64,000 nt of DNA from an uncultured delta proteobacterium (GTDB lineage Bacteria > Desulfobacterota > Binatia > UBA9968), in the NCBI GenBank assembly GCA_963847445.1, contig CAWJZV010000007.1, positions 288,001-352,000 on the forward strand. The letters run 5' to 3'. Below, piece after piece: positions 55,084 through 64,000 of this stretch. The translations under genes and the position numbers were made by a program. The first letter of the stretch is position 1; each line of letters opens with the position of its first letter. A model generated the notes under the pieces. The model was not told the origin of the DNA. It ran no database searches and saw only the letters and a program-made list of their open reading frames with translations.

Positions 55084-55683
55084 CTCAGCTTCTGCGTTTT
55101 TTTTCTCTTGTGATATCGATGCTTTAGATACGGTTACCAAGGCAGGCCGCAAAAGTCGGTCGCGCATCAAGTAACCTCTCTGATGCGCTTCGACAACGGT
55201 GTTAGGCGGATGTTCAGCGGTTTCCACCTGGGCAAGCGCTTCATGTTGGGCCGGATCGAAGGCCAAGCCAACCGCTGCGACCGGTTGGACTCCATGCTTA
55301 GCTAAGGTATCGAGGAACCCTTTGAGCACCATGTCAACGCCTTCAACCAGGAGCTTGCCATTACCGCTGCTGGAAGCATGGCCAATCGCCCGCTCAAGGT
55401 TATCGATTACCGGCAATAAGTCTTTGACAAGGGTTTCATTGGCATAGCGAAGGCTTTCCTCGCGATCGCGGGCGGTTCGTTTTTTGAAGTTGTCCATTTC
55501 GGCGACCTGCCGGATATAGCGATCATAGTTGTTTTTCGCTTCTTCTTCTTTGGCGTTCAACTGAAGCCGCAGTTCGGCTATATCGCTGTCTCGATCTGCA
55601 ACTTTGTCGCGGTCTTGGCTAACCCGCTGATCCGCTTGGTCGTCATCGGATTGCCCGGTGATTTTGTTATTTTCATCTGCCAT
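55057..55683 (-). CDS. grpE: Nucleotide exchange factor GrpE
   Basis: AEMDNFKKR, DNLERA, FDPAQHEA, GYLMRDRLLRPALV. Confidence 0.96.
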   Translation of the reverse strand: MADENNKITGQSDDDQADQRVSQDRDKVADRDSDIAELRLQLNAKEEEAKNNYDRYIRQVAEMDNFKKRTARDREESLRYANETLVKDLLPVIDNLERAIGHASSSGNGKLLVEGVDMVLKGFLDTLAKHGVQPVAAVGLAFDPAQHEALAQVETAEHPPNTVVEAHQRGYLMRDRLLRPALVTVSKASISQEKKNAEAEVENDQTDD

Positions 55684-55716
55684 GTTTAGTGCTGACTCCC
55701 CAATTATGGTGGCGAA

Positions 55717-55746
55717 AACCTAATCACGATAGTCACTTCTGTCAAG
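55717..55746 (-). promoter_or_regulatory. Putative heat-shock promoter of grpE
   Basis: CTTGACA-N12-GTGATTA. Confidence 0.55.
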
Positions 55747-55845
55747 TTTCTCCGAGTAAAAAACACTTGTTAAATTAAATAGTTGTCGTGTTGTAGAAAA
55801 AATGTTAGGGTGCCGAGTGACGGTTGCACAATAACCCCTCTGTTC

Positions 55846-56622
55846 ATGCGCTCGAGCCAAACAACCCCGGCTATTGTACTGCGTGCCCGGCCCTATGGCG
55901 AGTCAGATAAAATAGTTTCGTTCTTAACCGAGGAGTTTGGTAAACTGACGGGCATCGCCAAGGGAGCGTTGCGTTCCCGGCGGCGGTTTGTCAATTCGTT
56001 GGAACCGTTTTCACTGGTGAACCTGCGCTTCCAAGACCGCGCCCATAATAATCTCGCTTTTCTCATCGGCGCTGATCTTCTGTTCGGCTTGCGTCAGTTG
56101 ACCTCAAGCCTGGAACGAATTTCCTATGCTGCTTATCTGGTGGAGATCACCGAAGGTCTGATTAGCGAGCGTGAAGAAAATTTGGCGGTCTTCCAACATT
56201 TACGGGATGGATTGCGGTACTTGGAAGAAATCGGCAGTTCGCTCAGGTTTTTGACCTACTACGAACTCAAGTTGCTCCATTTGGCTGGTTATCGTCCGGC
56301 ATTAAATGTTTGTCAGCGCTGCGGACAAGCGCGCCGTCAAGCCCAATTAGGCCAATGGCACTTTAGCCTAACCGATGGCGGTGTGTTGTGCGATGCTTGC
56401 TCGCGGATGCGCCGCGAAGTGTTACCATTGGGTCATCTCGCTGCCAACATGCTTTCGACGCTGCAAACCGATTCCCACGATCTTGCCAATCGGGTTTTAC
56501 TACCAGCGTCCGTCGTCAGCGAGATGCGCGCGGTTTTGCTGCGTTTTATTCAGTTTCAGATGGATCGTGAGATCAAATCCGCCGCGTTCTTAAGTCAGTT
56601 TTCTGGAACGGAAAACCCGTAG
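55846..56622 (+). CDS. recO: DNA repair protein RecO
   Basis: YGESDKIV, GIAKGALRSRRRF, LEPF, CQRC/CDAC zinc finger. Confidence 0.92.
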   Translation: MRSSQTTPAIVLRARPYGESDKIVSFLTEEFGKLTGIAKGALRSRRRFVNSLEPFSLVNLRFQDRAHNNLAFLIGADLLFGLRQLTSSLERISYAAYLVEITEGLISEREENLAVFQHLRDGLRYLEEIGSSLRFLTYYELKLLHLAGYRPALNVCQRCGQARRQAQLGQWHFSLTDGGVLCDACSRMRREVLPLGHLAANMLSTLQTDSHDLANRVLLPASVVSEMRAVLLRFIQFQMDREIKSAAFLSQFSGTENP

Positions 56623-56668
56623 CACAAGGATTTTAAGGTTATATAGATTACCGCAAGGATATACTCCG

Positions 56669-59383
56669 ATGGCCGTAAAAAACCGTCTCACCTACTCATT
56701 TAACTCTGGTAAAGCTGAGGGCAACGCGCGGATGCGCGAGGTCCTTGGTGGTAAAGGCGCCGGGCTCCATGAAATGACGCGCATCGGTATCCCAGTACCG
56801 CCAGGCTTTACGATTCCAACGTCTGTGTGCAGCTATTTTTATGCCCATCGTCGGCACTATCCAAAGGGGTTTGAAAAAGCCGTCGTCAATGCCCTAAGCA
56901 AAATTGAAAAAACCCTCGCTCGACGATTTGGTGATCCAGCGAATCCGCTGTTACTTTCGGTGCGTTCAGGGGCGCGCGAATCCATGCCCGGTATGATGGA
57001 TACGGTGCTCAATCTAGGGCTCAATGACGGTACCGTGGAAGGATTAGCGGTGCACTCGCGGAATCGACGTTTCGCTTACGATTCCTATCGGCGCTTTGTC
57101 CAGATGTATGCGGATGTGGTGATGGGAATAAAATCTAATGACAAAGATGCCGTCGACCCTTTAACGCAAATTCTTGAAAGCAAGAAAACTCGTCGTGGCA
57201 TTCGCAATGACACGGAGCTGTCGGCCGATGATTTACGCGAGCTGGTGAGCGAGTACAAACGCGAGATCGAATCAAGGCTTGGCAAGGAGTTTCCCGAAGA
57301 TCCCTATGAGCAACTGTGGGGCGCCATTGGCGCGGTGTTCGGCTCGTGGAACAACGATCGGGCCATTGCCTATCGCGAACTATACCGTATCCCACATCAT
57401 TGGGGCACTGCGATCAACGTGCAGGCGATGGTGTTCGGCAACCACGGCGACGACTGCGCGACCGGCGTAACCTTTACCCGCAACCCCGCGAACGGACAAA
57501 AAAGCTTCTACGGCGAGTTTCTGGTCAACGCCCAGGGCGAAGATGTCGTCGCTGGCATACGCACACCCAGACCGATAGCGGATCTCAGACAGGTTATGCC
57601 CAGGGCTTTCGGGGCGCTACGGCGCATTTGCCAGCGTCTCGAAAGACATTTTCGCGACGTGCAGGACATCGAGTTTACCATTGAAAACGAGAAGTTATGG
57701 CTGTTGCAAACCCGCACCGGAAAGCGTACCGGCTTCGCTGCACTGCGCATTGCCGTCGATATGGTCAGCGAACGGATCATCAGCGAGCGAGAAGCGTTAC
57801 TACGGGTTGAACCGGATCAACTCAATCAGCTGCTACGGCCGATCTTCGATCAGCAAGCTAAAGAGCGTGCACATCAGGAGAAACGTCTCCTCGGTCGCGG
57901 TTTGCCCGCCGGACCGGGGGCTGCTACCGGGCGGATCGTCTTTCATGCTGAGGATGCGGTGACGTGGAACCAACGCGGCGAGCGCGTTATCCTTTGCCGC
58001 GTTGAAACCAGCCCGGACGATATTCGCGGCATGGACGCAGCGCAGGGTGTGTTGACTGCAAGGGGAGGGATGACCTCTCACGCCGCGTTGGTCGCCCGCC
58101 AGATGGGTAAAGTCTGCATCGCCGGCTGCGAAGCTTTACAAATTAACTACGCGGCGCGCACGCTAGAGGTGGGGCAAACAGAGCTGCACGAGGGCGATTG
58201 GATTTCCATCGATGGTAACACCGGTGAAGTCTTCCACGGTGAGATTCAAACTCTACCTTCGGAGATTCTTCAGGTTCTTCTGACCCGTTCACTGAACCCG
58301 CGGCAATCGAAAATCTACCAACATTTCACCAAACTCATGAAGTGGGCGGATCGAACTCGCAAGCTGGGTGTGCGAACCAATGCGGATCAGCCCGACCAAG
58401 CGGCCATTGCCAAGGCTTTTGGCAGCGAAGGCATTGGCTTATGTCGCACGGAACACATGTTTTTCCAGGGTGATCGGATCCAAGCTGTGCGCGAAATGAT
58501 CCTTGCCGATGATGAGACAGGCCGGCGCCGCGCGTTAGCAAAGCTGCTACCCATGCAGCGGCAAGATTTTAAAAGTATTCTTAACATCATGGGTAATCTG
58601 CCAGTGACCATTCGCACTCTTGACCCGCCGCTCCATGAGTTCTTGCCCAAGACCGACGCAGAAATCCGGGAGCTTGCTCAAGTTATGGGCGTTGACTTGG
58701 AGACTCTGCGTAATAAGGTCAATGTGCTCCAAGAATTCAATCCGATGTTGGGCCACCGGGGTTGCCGCTTGGGCATATCTTATCCCGAGATTACCGAAAT
58801 GCAGGCACAAGCGATATTTGAAGCAGCCTGTGAACTACGGCGAGAAGGCCAGAATCCATTCCCGGAAGTCATGATTCCCCTGGTCAGCTCGCGCCAAGAG
58901 CTGCATGAACAGCGGGTCATCGTCGACAGAGTCGCCAAACAGACGATGCAAACCTTTGGCGTCAGGGTACACTATTCGATCGGCACTATGATCGAATTGC
59001 CGCGCGCCTGCATGGTTGCCGATGAAATTGCTGAAGAAGCGGAGTTCTTTTCTTTTGGTACCAATGATTTAACCCAAACTTGCTTAGGCCTATCACGCGA
59101 CGATGCCGGCAAGTTCCTACCCAGCTACGTTCTTCAAGGTCTGCTACCTGACGATCCATTTGTCAGCATCGATCGGGACGGTGTCGGTGCGCTCATGCGC
59201 ATTGCTATCGCCAAAGGCCGCCAGCGCCGCAAGGGATTAGAAATGGGTATTTGCGGTGAGCATGGTGGAGAACCGCGTTCAATCGAATTCTGTCACCAGA
59301 TCGGTTTGGATTACGTCAGTTGCTCGCCGTATCGCGTGGCGATCGCCAAATTAGCGGCTGCTCAGGCTGCGTTGCGTAAATAA
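56669..59383 (+). CDS. ppdK: Pyruvate phosphate dikinase
   Basis: LGGKGA, SVRSGA, GGMTSHAA, GLCRTEHMF, FGTNDLTQ, GICGEHGG. Confidence 0.97.
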   Translation: MAVKNRLTYSFNSGKAEGNARMREVLGGKGAGLHEMTRIGIPVPPGFTIPTSVCSYFYAHRRHYPKGFEKAVVNALSKIEKTLARRFGDPANPLLLSVRSGARESMPGMMDTVLNLGLNDGTVEGLAVHSRNRRFAYDSYRRFVQMYADVVMGIKSNDKDAVDPLTQILESKKTRRGIRNDTELSADDLRELVSEYKREIESRLGKEFPEDPYEQLWGAIGAVFGSWNNDRAIAYRELYRIPHHWGTAINVQAMVFGNHGDDCATGVTFTRNPANGQKSFYGEFLVNAQGEDVVAGIRTPRPIADLRQVMPRAFGALRRICQRLERHFRDVQDIEFTIENEKLWLLQTRTGKRTGFAALRIAVDMVSERIISEREALLRVEPDQLNQLLRPIFDQQAKERAHQEKRLLGRGLPAGPGAATGRIVFHAEDAVTWNQRGERVILCRVETSPDDIRGMDAAQGVLTARGGMTSHAALVARQMGKVCIAGCEALQINYAARTLEVGQTELHEGDWISIDGNTGEVFHGEIQTLPSEILQVLLTRSLNPRQSKIYQHFTKLMKWADRTRKLGVRTNADQPDQAAIAKAFGSEGIGLCRTEHMFFQGDRIQAVREMILADDETGRRRALAKLLPMQRQDFKSILNIMGNLPVTIRTLDPPLHEFLPKTDAEIRELAQVMGVDLETLRNKVNVLQEFNPMLGHRGCRLGISYPEITEMQAQAIFEAACELRREGQNPFPEVMIPLVSSRQELHEQRVIVDRVAKQTMQTFGVRVHYSIGTMIELPRACMVADEIAEEAEFFSFGTNDLTQTCLGLSRDDAGKFLPSYVLQGLLPDDPFVSIDRDGVGALMRIAIAKGRQRRKGLEMGICGEHGGEPRSIEFCHQIGLDYVSCSPYRVAIAKLAAAQAALRK

Positions 59384-59423
59384 TTTACTATTGATCAATA
59401 ACTTATATGTCCGGCGTCGACTC

Positions 59424-59439
59424 TAAGACTGTAATCTTA
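59424..59439. promoter_or_regulatory. 7-2-7 palindromic operator upstream of pilB
   Basis: TAAGACT-GT-AATCTTA. Confidence 0.4.
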
Positions 59440-59513
59440 TTGGCATGAGGCTGTACATTTAATTGACAGAAATTTGGGGATCAACGATAATTTGGTACTC
59501 AGCTTACCAAATT

Positions 59514-61241
59514 ATGGAACCACGAATTGCGGAACTTCTCGTTAAAGGCGGCATTGTCTCCCGCGAACAACTTTCTGAAGCGCAAAAAGGAGAGAAGGAA
59601 AACAACTCCACCATCGCCAAGGAAATCGTTCGATTAGGCTTGACTACCGAAGACACTCTCGCAGAATTTTTGGCCAAGCAATTTGGTATCGAGTGCGTTG
59701 AACTGGTCCCGGCTGACATCGACGACTCAGTCTTTTCCGTAGTACCCCCGCAGATTGTTCAAAAGCACCAGCTCATTCCCTACAAGCTGATCGGCTCTAC
59801 TTTAACCGTTGCCATCGCGGACCCGACCGATCTAGTCGCCATCAACGAGGTCAAGTTCGTCACGGGTTACGGTGTCCGGGCCGTGATAGCCACCCCCACT
59901 GGAATAAGGAAGGTTATCGAGCATCGTTTTGGCGGAGTGAGCTACGACGATGTGCTAAAAAAATTCGGCGACGGCGAGATGGAAGTCGTCCAAGAAAACG
60001 ATGACGTCAATCTGCAAGAGCTGCAGCAAGCCACCATGGACGCACCGGTGGTCACACTGGTCAATGCGATCTTGGCGGATGCCGCCAAACGCCGCTGCAG
60101 CGACATTCATATCGAGCCCTACGAGAAAGTGTTTCGGGTTCGTTTCCGTATTGACGGTGTGCTTCAGGAAATAATGAGTCCACCGTTACGGCTCAAGAAT
60201 GCCTTGGTATCCCGTCTGAAAGTCATGGCGGGACTCGACATCGCCGAGCGCCGTTTGACCCAAGACGGCCGCATCAAGCTAAAGATGGGTACGGGCGGCG
60301 AGTTGGATATACGCGTATCGATTTTGCCCACTCTGTTTGGCGAGAAAGTCGTGATGCGCTTGTTGGACAAGTCCAACCTGCAGCTTGACATGGCCAAGCT
60401 CGGCTTCGATCCGCAAAATTTAAAAGACTTTCAAGATGCAATTCATAAGCCTTACGGCATGATCCTGATCACCGGACCAACCGGAAGCGGTAAATCGACA
60501 ACGCTTTACTCTGCTTTGTCTGAACTCAACAAACCGGACGTGAACATTTCCACCGCGGAAGATCCCGTCGAGTACAATCTGATGGGCATCAATCAAGTAC
60601 AAGTCCGAGAGCAGATCGGGCTAAATTTCGCCGCGGCGTTACGATCGTTCCTCCGCCAAGACCCGGATATTCTCATGGTCGGTGAAATTCGCGATATTGA
60701 AACGGCGCAGATCGCCATTAAAGCCGCGCTTACGGGCCATCTGGTTTTGAGTACGCTGCATACCAACGATTGTCCAGCGACGGTCGATCGGCTGATCAAT
60801 ATGGGCGTAGAAACATTTCTTTTGACTTCTTCGATAAATCTTATTTTAGCACAGCGATTGGTTCGAAAGATCTGCGATAAGTGCAAAGAGCCGATCGAGA
60901 TCAAGCCCGAGGTTTTGATTAATTTGGGCGTCGATGCCGCCGATATCGGCACGGGCTTTCCAACCTTTCACGGTAGGGGCTGTATGAACTGCGCCGGCAC
61001 TGGATACCGCGGTCGCTTAGCCGTTTACGAAGTGATGGTGATGCACGAAGCGCTCAAGGAGCTAATCATAAAAGGCGTCTCGTCGATGGAGCTCAAACGC
61101 GAAGCGGTAAAGCTTGGCATGAGCACTCTACGCATGAGTGCGTTACAGAAAGTTCGCGACGGTTTTACCACTGTAGATGAAACTATTCGTGTAACCGATA
61201 CGGATAAAGGGTTTGGCTCGGTGTTCTCGCTGGGGTTTTAA
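59514..61241 (+). CDS. pilB: Type IV pilus assembly ATPase
   Basis: SDIHIEP, DIAERR, GPTGSGKSTT, LRQDPD, GHLVLSTLHTND, tetracysteine motif. Confidence 0.93.
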   Translation: MEPRIAELLVKGGIVSREQLSEAQKGEKENNSTIAKEIVRLGLTTEDTLAEFLAKQFGIECVELVPADIDDSVFSVVPPQIVQKHQLIPYKLIGSTLTVAIADPTDLVAINEVKFVTGYGVRAVIATPTGIRKVIEHRFGGVSYDDVLKKFGDGEMEVVQENDDVNLQELQQATMDAPVVTLVNAILADAAKRRCSDIHIEPYEKVFRVRFRIDGVLQEIMSPPLRLKNALVSRLKVMAGLDIAERRLTQDGRIKLKMGTGGELDIRVSILPTLFGEKVVMRLLDKSNLQLDMAKLGFDPQNLKDFQDAIHKPYGMILITGPTGSGKSTTLYSALSELNKPDVNISTAEDPVEYNLMGINQVQVREQIGLNFAAALRSFLRQDPDILMVGEIRDIETAQIAIKAALTGHLVLSTLHTNDCPATVDRLINMGVETFLLTSSINLILAQRLVRKICDKCKEPIEIKPEVLINLGVDAADIGTGFPTFHGRGCMNCAGTGYRGRLAVYEVMVMHEALKELIIKGVSSMELKREAVKLGMSTLRMSALQKVRDGFTTVDETIRVTDTDKGFGSVFSLGF

Positions 61242-61322
61242 GTCGGCATGACCAATGATTTCCGCTAGGCATTCTGAGATAGGATGCAATTGCATTTGAT
61301 AACAGTCGGGACGAATGGACTT

Positions 61323-62549
61323 ATGGCTATATTTGTTTGGGAAGGGCGAACCGCGCAGGGGCGAATCGTTAAAGGCGACACGCTCGAAGCGCCGAATCTC
61401 GAAGCCGCATTAGCGCGCCTGCGCGAGCAACGGATACGGCCCATTGCCAACAAGGTCCGGGAAAAGGGTGCAGGGCTTGATAAAGAATTAAATATCCCCG
61501 GCTTTGGCCCCACTGTCTCGACAAAAGAAGTCTCCGTGGCCACTCGTCAGTTGGCGACGATGATCGATGCCGGCCTGCCGATTGTGCAATGCCTCGAGAT
61601 TCTTGGTGAACAGTCCGAGAACAAGTTGCTGCGCACTACCATTAACACGATACGCCGGGACGTCGAGGGTGGCTGTACACTTGCAGACGCGTTACGGAAG
61701 CATCCGAAGATCTTCGATGACCTTTACGTTAACATGGTGGAAGCAGGAGAAGCCGGAGGTATTCTAAACACCATTCTCAATCGAATCGCTCTGTTCATTG
61801 AGAAAGCGAGCAGGTTAAAAAAGAAGGTCAAAGGAGCCATGATCTATCCCGTCGCCATCGTCATGGTGGCGATCATTGTTGTCGCCGTGTTGATGATTTT
61901 TGTCATCCCAGTCTTCGCCGAACTCTACGGTAGCATGGGAAAGGCTCTGCCGGCGCCGACTCAGATTTGTATCAACATCAGTAACGTTTTCGTCGCCTAT
62001 TGGTGGCTTATGTTGGCGAGCGGGATCGGCGTCGTAATGGCCATAAAGTTCTATTACAAGACACCTCATGGGCACATGAACATTGACCGGTTACTTCTGC
62101 GGCTGCCGGTGATTGGCGACTTACTTAGAAAGGTTGCCGTAGCGCGGTTTACCCAGAATATGGCGCTCTTGTTGAGCTCTGGTGTACCTATCCTAGACGG
62201 GTTGGCGATTACCGCCAGAACCGCTGGTAACAAAGTTGTTGAGAAAGCCATTATGGAGAGCCGAGTGAGTATCAGTAAAGGTAATACCGTGGCGCAGCCG
62301 TTACGGGAAAGTAAAATATTTCCACCGCTGGTTTGCCAGATGGTAGCTGTCGGCGAAAGCACCGGTGGGCTTGACGGCATGCTCCGGAAAGTCGCGGAGT
62401 TGTATGAAGAAGAGGTCGATGACGCAGTCAACAATTTAACCGCGATGATGGAACCGGCGATCATGGTGGTGTTAGGCGTAATCCTCGGTGGCTTGGTCGT
62501 AGCCATGTATCTGCCCATCTTTCAAATGGGTTCATTGGTTGGCAACTAA
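61323..62549 (+). CDS. pilC: Type IV pilus platform protein (GspF family)
   Basis: TRQLATMIDAGLP, AGEAGGIL, AMIYP, VGESTG, MYLPIF. Confidence 0.93.
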   Translation: MAIFVWEGRTAQGRIVKGDTLEAPNLEAALARLREQRIRPIANKVREKGAGLDKELNIPGFGPTVSTKEVSVATRQLATMIDAGLPIVQCLEILGEQSENKLLRTTINTIRRDVEGGCTLADALRKHPKIFDDLYVNMVEAGEAGGILNTILNRIALFIEKASRLKKKVKGAMIYPVAIVMVAIIVVAVLMIFVIPVFAELYGSMGKALPAPTQICINISNVFVAYWWLMLASGIGVVMAIKFYYKTPHGHMNIDRLLLRLPVIGDLLRKVAVARFTQNMALLLSSGVPILDGLAITARTAGNKVVEKAIMESRVSISKGNTVAQPLRESKIFPPLVCQMVAVGESTGGLDGMLRKVAELYEEEVDDAVNNLTAMMEPAIMVVLGVILGGLVVAMYLPIFQMGSLVGN

Positions 62550-62600
62550 CAGGATGACAGGTAGTTCACATTAATGTGATGCGACCGAGGTAAACTGAGC

Positions 62601-64000
<1,400 letters not shown>

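Noticed and set aside
59440-59458. Sigma54-like promoter before pilB
   Set aside because: TGGCAT is present but there is no GC at the -12 position

Overview
Bacterial chromosome segment spanning the replication origin. The gene content suggests a deltaproteobacteria-like organism such as Candidatus Binatia (inference only). From left to right: (1) the start of an Mrp/Mnh antiporter operon, a stand-alone Pal lipoprotein and a cytidylate-kinase-like/BON protein; (2) a tripartite tricarboxylate transporter (TTT) array with 6 tctC, 2 tctA, 2 tctB and two decayed tctC remnants; (3) a sigma54 module with a pseudo-receiver enhancer-binding protein (EBP), a porin, a duplicated hydrolase-like lipoprotein and a DUF5985 cassette; (4) msrA and an aromatic-acid catabolic group (aldehyde dehydrogenase, benzoate-CoA-ligase family, class II aldolase, dihydroxyphthalate decarboxylase-like, ICL-family lyase); (5) dnaN-oriC-dnaA, hemL and atpZIBE; (6) a housekeeping block (dCMP deaminase, SAM hydrolase, gmhA, DegT, HD hydrolase, archease, larB, thiL, lon, dnaJ-dnaK-grpE); (7) recO, ppdK and a type IV pilus locus. 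The most unusual feature is absent from the ORF track because it runs off the window. After pilB-pilC, one uninterrupted frame joins a PilS-type membrane sensor and PAS domain directly to a PilR-type sigma54 AAA+ domain, with no kinase or receiver domain between them. Many genes, including dnaA and dnaK, carry single-base frameshifts that are most likely long-read consensus errors.
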